A stretch of DNA of 64,000 nt from Antedon mediterranea. Lineage: Eukaryota; Animalia; Echinodermata. The position numbers were made by a program, and so were the translations under genes. The notes under the pieces are model-generated. The model ran no database searches, was not told where the DNA came from, and saw only the letters and a program-made list of their open reading frames with translations. The DNA is taken from assembly GCF_964355755.1 (NCBI RefSeq), contig NC_092670.1, positions 20,880,795-20,944,794 of the forward strand. Reading direction: 5' to 3'. Below, piece by piece: positions 10,801-22,144 of this stretch (position 1 is its first letter; the number at the start of each line of letters is the position of its first letter).

Positions 10801-13800
10801 TTCCACACAGACAGAGGATATACAAGAATTTCTAGATGAGTCAATAAAAGGTGAATATAAGTTTGTCTTCTGAGTACAGTACTTACTATATAACTACACT
10901 GAAAGTTTTATCATTACTGTTTTGTGTCACTGTACCACAGAGAAATGCAAAATTAACTATACAAAACACTGTACAGTCAAAGATAAGGGACAAATTCAGG
11001 ACCAATAAAGTGTTCCTTTAGTAATATTAAGTGTGGACCGTAGTTTAACCTAATAAAATATATTATTTACCCTTGTCTGTTTTATGGGAAAGTGTCTTCC
11101 TTAATAGGGGTGTCCAAAATGTATTCCAACTATTTATAGAAAGATAATTACACTAATTGACTTATTGTTTTGACCCACTAAAATGAACCAAATGTTTTTC
11201 TTTTAGGCAATTGCGAAGGTCTTATGGTGAAGACGTTAGACGAGGAAGCAACGTATGAGATTGCAAAACGCTCGCATAATTGGCTCAAGGTAGTTAATTA
11301 TCTTGACCTGACCTATAAAAATGGGAAATCAAGTTGTTACCTTGTACACTGGAAGTTTAACATTAATTAATTAATTAGAAATTAAGAGTGGTTATTAGAC
11401 GAAGTGTTAGATTTAAGAAAATATTTGGGAGTGAAGCCAATAAGAGGAATAGCCAATAACAAGTTGTTTGGTAGAATTGTTAATACGATATTAAATATAT
11501 ACAGAAAGAGTTACAAATAATAAATTACAGGGAGTGAAGCCAATAAGAAGAATAGTCAACAAGTTGTTTTGGTAGATGTTAATAAGATATTAAATATATA
11601 CAGAAATATTTACAAATAAGAAATAACAGGGAATAAAGCCAATATTTTTTTTTATTTTCATATTTTGTAGCTTAAGAAAGATTATTTGGAAGGTGTTGGC
11701 GATACTTTGGATCTAGTTGTGATTGGAGGTTATCACGGAAAAGGGAAACGAACTGGGACTTACGGAGGATTCTTACTGGCTTGTTACGATGATGAAAATG
11801 AGGAATTTCAGTCAATTTGCAAGGTAATTGCGTGGTCCGTGATGTGGCTGGGCTGTTCAGAATAAGAAGGGGTGGGTGATGATAAATTTACAACTGTATA
11901 AGTATTTATATATAATGAACTTTCATTGAGAAATCGTCCAGTGATATACTGAATATGTAACAATTTATAAATGGTGAAGATGAAGAAATCTGTAAGACTG
12001 GCATCCCAACCAAGATTTGAACCCGGAATCTTTTGCTTGATATGCAGACATCCAACCATTATACCACCAAGTCTTCCTTGGGATGGTTTGGAAAGCTAAT
12101 CTTTAACATGGTGGAACAGCAATAGATCTTAAGCATGCACAACAGATATCAAATTGAGACTCCTTCTTGTAAGACAAATCTGCTATCTATAGTTTTTTTA
12201 ACAAAGTCTAAATCAAAATATAACTATGTATAACTAGTAGTATCAAGTAGTTCTGTCACTCTCTTTCCACAATATATAAAAGTTAGTAGTGTGTGTCATT
12301 ACACAGAATAAACTTTATCCCTTCCTCAAAACATATAATCTAGGGCCTTAAAATTATTCACCACTACTGGAGGAAAAAGTACATGGTAAACTGGATATGA
12401 CTTAAGAACCTAACCTTGAAATCAATTTAATATTCTTTATCTGTGTTTAAAATTAACCTATGCATTTATGGCAGACAGACACTGTATAAAGATGTGTAAG
12501 AGGATGAGGCCCTTCTATGGGGTCAGCGATCCTGGACCTATGTATCGGAGAAATGGTTAAATTTATCTAGATAAACTAGCTGGAAAACTTGGGCTATTCA
12601 AAGAATTGGTCTGTGTTTTAAGAACTCTTAGGAGACTAAATGAGTTTTCCAGGCTGGAGTTGAGAAGCATCCTGGAAAGGGTACAGGATTTATAAACAGG
12701 TGCCTTTTCTGCCAGCATCACAATTGACCCAAATTGACCCCAACAGAAACAAAATGACTGAGAAAGAGTTTTTAAAATGGTGTATAGAGATCACCCAGCA
12801 AGTGTAAAAATTTTTTAAGATTAACAATTTTCACTTTCTTTTAAAGATTGGCACCGGTTTTAAAGATGACGATCTTGAGCAACACACTAAGTTCCTCACA
12901 GACCATGTTATAGAGAAGCCCAAGGCGTACTATCGTTATGACTCAAGTCACGAGCCAGATCATTGGTTCGATGCGGTCCAAGTCTGGGAAGTAAAAGCGG
13001 CCGATCTTTCTATTTCCCCAACCCATCGAGCTGCAATGGGCATTGTAAGTTTATTGTTCATTATACTGTACCTGTGGATAGTCAAATCATTCTACTGCAG
13101 TATTGAAGGTCATTTTATATATATATAATCAGGTCATATATAATAATAAGAGTTCCTCAGTTGCTAATTCTATGATATTGTATAGATTTATCAATACAAT
13201 TCTTGATAATACATTAACTTAAATGTCATATTAGCCTGAATAATACGATTTGGTTCAAAATTATTGTTAGTACACACAACTTAAATGAGTATAGCAGTAG
13301 ACTATATTTCAAAAACATAGGGTAGTTTTCGTTTGCATTACCCTATCTATCATAATTGGAATATCCTCCCTCTTATATCCCCTTCCTTCAAATCTGATGG
13401 GTAAGTGGATTATGAAAAATTGAAAAATCATGTTCATCATTGAACACTGTTACTAATACTGTACTATAATTATAGTTGTATTTATTTCAGTAGAACAATA
13501 AATGTACTGCAGTATAATAATCTATATACTGCAGTAGAATAATCAATTTACTGGAGTAGAATAATCAATGTACTGCAGTAGAACAATCAATTTACTGCAG
13601 TAGAACAATCAATTTACTGCAGTAGAATAAACTACTACAGTACAAGGTTAGCACTAAAATTAAGGCCAAAACAATAGTTATATTGTAACAACAAGTTATA
13701 GAGTGGAAATAGGTCTACAGTGTGTATCCTGGCACTGAATCAGAAATATGGTTTTTTTTTATATTAATTTTTTTGGTGTGACAAAGAAAGGTCAAAAGAG

Positions 13801-15893
13801 ATATTAGTAGTGTATAACCTATCCCTCATCTGTCAGGAATATAATCATATTTGCAATTTTAAACCAATCTGATTCATAAAGAGTTTCCTGATGGGAAAGG
13901 ATGACAAGTAGTGGGGCATAGGAAATACATTCACTTGATTCATGTAGAGTATATAAGGCTCTGTTTACACTATCAAACTAGTTTGACAAAATGTGTGATG
14001 TGTCCAAATATGGCAGTAATATGCCCAGATATGGTAGTGATATGACATCATAATGTCCATATATAGGCACGACATATTTTTTTTTAAAGAGCTTAATCTG
14101 AGGCCCCTGAATGAGCAATTCAAAACAGAAAACATTTCAAATCGAGCTCCTGGATTAAGAAACTAGCTAAATTAACAAAAGAGTAGCGTTATAATAACGT
14201 ATCATATGGCATGCAAAATGTGACTTAAAAAAATCTAAAAATATACATACTTTTTATCCTTGGTATGCGATAAAACCTGTTCTACTAATTAAATTCCATT
14301 TTTTACAATTTTGTTGTAAGGTTGATGATAGCAAGGGAATTTCACTTCGTTTTCCACGCTTTTTAAGAATTCGAGAAGATAAAAATGCTGAACAAGCCAC
14401 AAATTCAACACAGGTAAATTTTAGATTTTAAAATTGTATCTATTTATTTTATCTATCATGTGAACAGTTAATAGTTGTTGAAAATAATATTAACATATAC
14501 ATAAAGTGTAACAATTTAGTGCTTAGAATAAAAAAATATCACAATCCATATTTTAGAATATCCAGTGTCTTAAAAATCTAACATAATCCAGGGACCCAAA
14601 AAAGTAAACACATCATGAACAAAATTACTACTTCTCCAGAGAATAAAGATTTTTTCTGGATTCAAATTATATTTAAAGGTTAACAATGAATCCCCAGGAG
14701 ACCAAACCACAACTCCCAGCCCAGGTCAATTCCTGCATCCTGGGAAATCTTATTGGCTTATAGTAACCAACATTTGTTTGGCCCTTCTGAGGAAGAACCT
14801 CCTTGTGACCCCCTACTGTGACAACCCAGAAGGAACCATTTGGTTTAAACAAGAAAAGAAGGTTAAAGTGAACCAGAAAAATAATTAAACCCAATTTGTG
14901 AGGCCTGATAAATAATAAACAACAAGATACATTTCCGTTCCACAATTTCTTTTTTAAGTCATTGTGTAAAATGTTTTTTAATTTATACAATGGAACAACT
15001 GTTACACTAATTAAGTATAGAACATGGAAGGTCACCTATTGTTGTTTAAAATGGGCTCCGTATCCTATTGATGAAATGGGTTCATGTTTGAAATAGATTT
15101 TAAAATATAGCGCTTATATAATTAGGAATCGTTAGACAACATGCTAAATAGTTAATTCATAAAATTAAAAAAAAATAAATAAAAACTAATTCAATATAGA
15201 ACATGTAACAGGGTAACAAGGTCACCTATTATTGTTCGAAATGGCCCCATATCCTGTACCCCTATTGATAATATGGGTTCAAGTTTGAAATAGATTTTAA
15301 AATAGTGACTATGAATTATAAATTAGGGAAGATTGTTTTTACCAAACTTAAAGCCTTGCGTTAATACAATATGAGATGTCTGATAATTCTTGATCTAGCA
15401 TTCATTCTTTTTTTTGTCTATCATTATAAAGTTGTATCCTACCGTTCATTTTTGTTAGTCTATTCTTACAACCAACAGTGCAATGCAATTACAGGTTGAT
15501 AATAAAATATATATATATTTAAAAAAACACAAAGTTAACATTTATATTAATAGTATCGTTCAAAATACATTTAAATTGTGAAAGACTACAATTGAAAATA
15601 CCAAAAAAATTATTTAATAAAAGACATGAATTATACGACGACGAAAGTCTACAGAAAACACAATTTTTACAAACATTAACACAGAAAAAAAGAAGGGGTT
15701 TACAACAAGGATTACCAATAGAGACATTACAATAAAACAATGAAATAACATTTTCTAAGTGAAGAAGAAAGTTATAAAATTACATTTTAATCTTTATTAT
15801 CTTTGAAAGGTTGCAGAATTGTATAATAACCAGGACCAAGTGAAGAACCAGAAGGCCAGTACTCAAAAGACAAATTCCGACGATTTTTACTGA
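4859..15893 (+). CDS. LIG1: DNA ligase 1 (ATP-dependent), 21 coding exons, 1018 aa
   Basis: Exons 4859-4878, 5921-5971, 6119-6383, 6597-6747, 6831-7307, 7426-7540, 7875-7961, 8235-8464, 8573-8637, 8792-8893, 9054-9130, 9225-9316, 9494-9581, 9671-9872, 10045-10323, 10706-10850, 11207-11289, 11671-11823, 12847-13044, 14321-14413, 15810-15893. All introns are GT..AG, phases are consistent and the total is 3057 nt. The protein has the N-terminal PIP box MAQRSIMSFF, the DNA-binding domain ([25 protein letters not shown]), motif [45 protein letters not shown] and the OB-fold motif [15 protein letters not shown], collinear with vertebrate LIG1. Confidence 0.97.
5189..5814. mobile_element. Non-autonomous TTAA-targeting element (Kolobok-like MITE) in LIG1 intron 1
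   Basis: TTAA|AGCCCCATTCCCT ... AGGGAAGGGGTCT|TTAA: imperfect 13-bp TIR with AG..CT ends and TTAA on both sides. The interior is CpG-rich. Confidence 0.65.
11427..11644. repeat. ~100-bp tandem repeat (about 2.2 copies) in LIG1 intron 17
   Basis: GGGAGTGAAGCCAATAAGA...GATATTAAATATATACAGAAA...TTACAAATAA is repeated. Confidence 0.8.
12003..12073 (-). mobile_element. Degenerate tRNA-derived (SINE head) fragment in a LIG1 intron
   Basis: The minus strand has an A-box TGGTATAATGG and a B-box GGTTCAAATC at tRNA-like spacing. Cloverleaf stems pair poorly. Confidence 0.5.
13488..13640. repeat. 21-bp minisatellite with palindromic core TACTGCAGTA, about 7 copies
   Basis: Unit TACTGCAGTAGAAYAATCAAT(T/G) is repeated in LIG1 intron 19. 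Confidence 0.85.
13956..14093 (-). mobile_element. MITE family A, reverse orientation, partly deleted
   Basis: GGCTCTGTTTACACTATCAAACTAGTTTGACAAAA, followed by internal CCCAGATATGGTAGTGATATG repeats; ends AGAGCT|TAA. Confidence 0.75.
15017..15305. repeat. Local imperfect duplication (~95-110 bp) in LIG1 intron 20
   Basis: TAGAACATG...AAGGTCACCTATT...ATGGGTTCA.GTTTGAAATAGATTTTAAAATA occurs at ~15017 and ~15196. Confidence 0.75.
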
Positions 15894-16227
15894 GATCTTC
15901 AGAGAGTTCTGCAGTAAAAAATTGCATTGAGACAATATAGTAGTTAAACAACATCTCAGGGCATTGATATTAAAACTGTCTTGTTTAAATTTTACAAAAC
16001 TGTATACAAAATTAACTTTCTAGGTAAATATAGCTCTTGTCAAACTGGTGTATATATACATATGTTTTAGACACTATAAATGAATTTGAATAGCATATGT
16101 TTGCCTAATTCATTGTTTAAATTTCAAGGAATTCTAATGCAAAGGTAATAATGATGCATTAAGTGAATATAATGATACATTTTGCATCTGGCGACTACGA
16201 TTTATACATAATAATTATGAAATTATT

Positions 16228-16233
16228 AATAAA
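16228..16233 (+). terminator. Candidate LIG1 polyadenylation signal AATAAA
   Basis: AATAAA about 335 nt after the stop codon. The context is AT-rich, so the match may be chance. Confidence 0.4.
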
Positions 16234-16962
16234 AACAACAGAAGTTTGTAAACTAAAACTGTGGAGGTATATGTTGACAAACGTAGTTTATTATATGTAG
16301 AGTACAATATAGCTAGCATAACCATAGAGGTTGTGACATAGGCCTTATAGCACTATCGGCCTTAAAGCACTATCGGCCTAATTTCCTTTTCGTATGTCAA
16401 CACATTGGCGGGAAATGAGCTCCAAAGGGTGTGGCCAGGACAGATTTAAATTGACCTTCGAAAGTCACTTGCAGTTGTCTGATCTTCATGTAGTAACGAA
16501 TGATTTACTAAAATTCTTATTAAAAGAAGTTAAGTTTATTTAGATTAAAACAAATTTTTGTTTTACAAACAAGTGTTACAATTTCCCTGGTTCAACCCAC
16601 CTGCCACTGTTTGATGACAGATGGGTTGCAAAAGGTTGCGAAATCTAACCGCTGCATTGATGATGACGTAAGCATATGATTTGGCTGCAAAGTCACCTCT
16701 GGGTGTGGTCATCTATAGTCTTTCAAATTAGCCCATCTCTGACTATCTGTAACGGATGGAAATATCCGGTAAAATGTCATAGGGGAGATGGAGTCAAGGA
16801 AAGTTTACTCCCTGTGACGAAGGGCTGTATCCCATCTGTTGACCTTTTTTTGGGGTGTGGTTCGATTGACTGGTCACACCCAATAATTATGTAGGCAATA
16901 TCCATACAATTTTGTAAATCAGAATTTTGTCGATAAACGCAATTTTCTAAAGAATTTTGAAA

Positions 16963-17217
16963 GCAAGGACAAGTCAATGACTAAATTTTCAATCTTAGGA
17001 AAAAAAAGGCTTTAACTGACGACCAACTATAGTAAGAGGTGGGAGTTGGGGATCTACACACTAGATGATGAGACTTTTTACAATGCAAGGACAAGTCAAT
17101 GAATAAATTTCAATCTTGGGGGAAAAAGGCTTTAAATGACGACCAACTATAGTAAGAAGTGGGTGGGGGGGGGGGGGGTGGATATCTACACACTAGATAC
17201 AAACGTGAACGATGAGA
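16963..17217. repeat. ~120-bp tandem duplication; the second copy has an expanded G-tract
   Basis: GCAAGGACAAGTCAATGA...TGACGACCAACTATAGTAAGA...ATCTACACACTAGAT occurs twice. Confidence 0.85.
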
Positions 17218-18975
17218 CAGAAACTGAACTCAGTCAAATTAACTCCGTAAATCAATCAGCGAAGTTAAGATCCCTAAATGTATTACTTCAATCTCGACCG
17301 TAGTCATAATATTTACCACACAGGTATTAGATCACGTGCTTTATAAATAATATCCTTCGATTGTCGTCTGCAAGTGCTATTTTTAGAATATCTGCACTAA
17401 ATTTAATATGAGTGGGTCTGACGTCAATTTGTAAATGTTTCCACGGCTTTAGCTTTACAAGTAGACTTATTTAAATAGCTTGACATTTTTAAACATCGTT
17501 TCTGATTTTGTTGTTATTAGTCGCAGTATAATTAATGAGCAGTATCTTCAATCAATGGTAAATTAACAAAAATTTGAATTTAAAAATTCTCTATATCGGC
17601 ACGTACTTTGTACGTACGCGAGACTCGCGTTCATTAACTAGTCACGTGTCTCTTGGCTAGTGATAATAGTGGTTATAGGTATGGCGACAATAATATTTAG
17701 TATTAGAAATTGACAGTTTAAATACGGTACCATTTTCATAATCCCCAAATCCTAATATCCACTTCAACCTATATTCTTTGTAACAGTAATATCTAAATAT
17801 ATTTTGTTTTCTCTGGTTTTATTTGTACACCTGACAATAATGTAAATTAGTTTTTCTAAAGAGTCAAAGTAGTAAATTTGATTTGGGTAATTTGAGCATA
17901 TTTGAACTAGGCTAATGACGTCACCATTGAACTTAATTAAACTTGTGTCTAAAAGTATAAATAAATAGAGATGATATAAAAGCAACATGAAATGTAGACC
18001 TAAAGTGATTGCAAAAACATTACCATGTTTGCACATGTGCTTTATACAAATAAACCGCTGTATAGTAGGCTACACGTAATGTATTCTGTGTATTGGCTGA
18101 TTGCAACATTACGTTCGGTACCCACCTACTTTGTTTTCTTGACTCAAAGCGCGGGGATTGTCTACGTTTAATCGTCTGTATTCTGCAGGTGAATACGCGC
18201 TAAGAACTCATTTCCTGCGAATTGATATCTATCAAACCATAAGATGATTTCACAATTAGACATTAAATGAATAAAAAAAAAACTTCAACTAATTTGTGAA
18301 AGGTGCTTTAACAACAATCTGTCAAAGATTTTGAAGATGAACAATTCTATCGGAAAACAAATTGATACGTGGATTGCTAAAAAACAGCTGATTTCCAATT
18401 TAATATAAGAACCAAATTTAAAAACCTTGTATTTTAATTTTTTGACCTTATATGTTTCTTTTTTTATTTTTACTAATTTAAAAACTTTAAGCTACGTTCC
18501 ACTGAGAACCCAAGATACCAAAACCAACTGAAGCACCGAAAGAAAACTCCAGCTAGCTAGCTTGATCAACCTAAGACTGCCAGTTGGTTGACGGTGGATT
18601 TTCTGCCAATAGTTACCAGTTCACTTGAAACTATTTACGGTACTTTATCTTCTTCATCTTCTTGTACTTACGTTGACTTATTGTCATCTTGAGTACAAAT
18701 CTATAGTACAAATAGTCTTAGTAAACATTTGCATGAATTAAATTTTTACTATTCCTCTGCCTTCTTTCTGTCAAATTTTCAGTTAAAATAATTCTTTTCT
18801 TATTATGTGGCCATTACTTCTATTTCTTTCCTTATTTTTTCCAAAGACACTACGGTATATTACCCAAGATCAATTATATCTATTTAATAAGAAAGGTGAA
18901 GAATTAAACAGAAGAATAAATAAAATATAAAACAAGGCCACTTATTATGATCAAGATGTGTTAAATACCGAGTAT

Positions 18976-19229
18976 TAGAAAACTTGAGCAAACTCGGAGT
19001 TTTGCAAGAGTTTTGCCAAGTTTGCTAATGTTTTGGCATACTAAAGAAAACTATTTGCAAAGGTTAGGCCGTGAACCTTCTTGACAAACTAGTTTTTCAA
19101 CTCAGCGAAACCAATAACAGTATTTGCAGTCATGTGAACCTATAGATGGACAGAGTGACAGCCTCCAGTGACTTGGTGGTAAAAACACAAACTCAGAGTT
19201 TGCAAACAAAAGTTCGGTCAAGTTTTCTA
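18976..19229. mobile_element. Degenerate inverted-repeat element (probable old MITE)
   Basis: TAGAAAACTTGAGCAAACT pairs with AGTTCGGTCAAGTTTTCTA (17/19 complementary). Internal AAACTC(G/A)GAGTTTTGCAA is repeated. Confidence 0.45.
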
Positions 19230-22077
19230 TTGTGTATACTATGCGGCCTTTGTCTCATCTTAATTAAACTGTAACTTAAAACATAATTAGATCTTGGCGT
19301 GTTTGAAGGCACTGGATTAAAAAAACATGAGTGGTGTATTAAGTAACATAAATAATAACCATTGTGAGTTGCAATTTTACAATTTTCACTGACTTTCAAA
19401 AAAGGAACAAAGCAATAGTTTAACTTAATTCCCTTGTTATGGTAGTATTTCATAACCGTAATTGACAACACAATACAGAAAATAAGTAGCCTATTACACC
19501 CTATATTTGTTACAGGAAGTCAAGTTAGCCCTGTGGGACCAGAGGTCGTTTATGGCAGGAACCAGGAGATTGGTCCCACAAAGTTTTCTAAAAATAGCTG
19601 AAAATGCAACAGTCTTAATTCTTCCAAGATCACAATGAACAAAAGACGAACAGTGGCAGAATGCCATGGCTTTATTATGGCTACATTTCTGGCCCTTTTC
19701 GATATTACAAACTTCATGTGAGGAAATCTGGCAGGTGAGTCATCCTTCCGGGAAACTTTAGGCCTACCTTGTAGCCCCTTTAGTCGCACTCCGGATGTAG
19801 GCCTTGTGACTAGTGGTTGTGTGTGGCATGTCTTTGAATGTGACAAGTATAATTGGCTACAAGTTGAAGTTGAAGAAAATGTCTTACAGGCCTACTTGAA
19901 CAATGTCAACCACACTGTCAACACTTTAATCATGATACAGTTGCTGGATAATCTTAAATTAAATAAGTATGTCAACAATGATGACTTACTATAAGTACCA
20001 AAATATTGGTGGAACTATTTTAATTTTCTAATGAATCATTATTGTTTTGAGATGATTTTTATAGGTAATTTCCTGAACGATTTTAATCAAACGATTCATA
20101 GGCCTGGTGTGGACGTACGTTCATCCTCTGTTTATCATAGTACCAGTTAGGGAGGAGGATATATAATTTAGAAGAGTTTCAGGTCATTGTTTTAATAGGA
20201 GGTAGGCCTAGCATATATACACGAGTCGGTTGATTCATAAAAATACCAAAGCAAAAAATAAACTACATCCGTTATTAGATGGTCAGATATAACAAATAAT
20301 TGGAAAGTAAACTGGAGGATATGGCTATCTCAATGTTTTGGTACAAGTTAGTGATATGATTTGACGTCATATGAACTGTACTATCAATGATCAAGGATTA
20401 GTAAACAGATGAAGTAAGAACGCCCAGTGAATAATACAAAATGAAAAAAAAAATATATGTCTTTAGGATGCCTTCGTGTTTAGATTGATAAGTCACTAGG
20501 CTATCGTTAATTGGCACCGATTGATTGCTGAACATTATAAGTAATGATAAATGGTAAAATAAATAAAATAGATATATGTTGCAAAGAAATATGTACACAG
20601 TATATAATTGACAGACTGACTGACAAACTATTGAAACCATACCAGATTTGACACAAAATTGAAATTTTCCTATTTCGTTAACAACTCGATATATGGAAGC
20701 TTCAGTGTAAACAGGTAATTTGCGCTTTGATTTCATACTCGTATCAAATTTACGCACATGGTAAAATACAAATATATGCAATTTCCTTAAATAAATAGTC
20801 AACTAAAATGAAAACGTCCTAAGGGTGTATCAATAATAACCACTGTTGAAATTAACAACAGGTCAAGTAATTTCAAAAGTTCGTGGAAATCTATCCTTTA
20901 TGATCAGCTGATGTTGTGGCAGTCACCCGTATGATTAATGATTTTGCTGATTAGTAAATACATTATAACTATTGAGGAAAAATCTTTGGGACCTCCAAAA
21001 TGCGAATAAGGGCCGTGTTCCCGGAATAGTGGTTAACGGGCCATTAAAACATGTGTCATGAGAAAGGGTTCCGTAATGAGTTCTTTCTGGTGATGGAGAC
21101 CTAGGGTCATTTAGTAGAAGTTTTAATATCGGGACTTGTGGACTATAAATTTATTTCCTTTAATTAGTTAAACTAACCTGACACAGAAATTAGGTGTTTA
21201 CACTAAATGTTAATCATCACGCCTAAGGTCCTGCACTCTGTCAGATTTGATACTATAATTTGCGTATAAACGTTTAACTATGAATCAAAATGTATTAGGA
21301 TTATTACTTAAAAGCTTATTGAAAACAGAGTGAGATAATTTAGACCAATCATTTGCATCAGTGCCAACAAAATTGGGAAAGTTAAAACGAAAAGGCAATG
21401 AACTTCAGAATAAACTTAAATTGTGTGTATATACAGAACAGTTAAAGATGTATTGTCGCCTTGAAAAAATAATTGTTGAATGAATGTCACATAATGGTTA
21501 TCCTCTTTGACCAACAATTGCACCAACAAAAATGTATTTACCTGAAAAAGTTAGTAATTTAAAGCAAAAAATAGTCAAATTGGCTGCCAGCCAACAGTTT
21601 TAGTTGAATTTAACCATTTATTTTGTCATTTTATAAGTAAAAACTTTTTTCTTCTATGGAAGTGATTAACTTTATTAAAACTATACCAAATAACCTATCC
21701 AAAGTCTGATTTAATTAATCTTCATTTTTCATGTTTTTTGGAGAAAATAGGCCTATATATTTATTTGTTGGATAATCAATCAAAAATAATCCTCACAGTA
21801 GTAATGAACTTAGTTTGAACATAATTTCTCCCATTAAATATACTGTATCATACTATCTAAATTTAATGTTCTATTTTTTATGTTTTAATATATAAGTGAA
21901 TAAACAATTTTTAATGATTTTATAATAACGGTATAACAATAAGCCAAATTTTTAATAATGAAACTGAATATAAATTTAACTACATTTTTAAAATAGATTT
22001 ATTTTTAAACAGTAGGCCTATCTATAATTTATATATCTATGTATCTATGTAACATTTTGTCTGTATTGATGTATTTA

Positions 22078-22144
22078 TGTAAAGCGCATTTGAGCATATT
22101 TTTTCATGAAAAGGGCGCTATATAAATGTGGTATATTATTATTA
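22078..22144 (+). mobile_element. L2/CR1-type LINE/SINE 3' tail remnant
   Basis: TGTAAAGCGCATTTGAG...AAGGGCGCTATATAAAT...(ATT)n: the stem-loop plus short-repeat tail typical of L2-clade 3' ends. Confidence 0.55.

Noticed and set aside
12003-12073. tRNA gene
   Set aside because: A and B boxes are present but acceptor and anticodon stems do not pair convincingly; better explained as a SINE head. The same applies to 60514-60580, which continues into a SINE body.
12440-12760. GC-richer intronic patch as a possible snoRNA or nested gene
   Set aside because: No box C/D or H/ACA architecture and no ORF that I could support.
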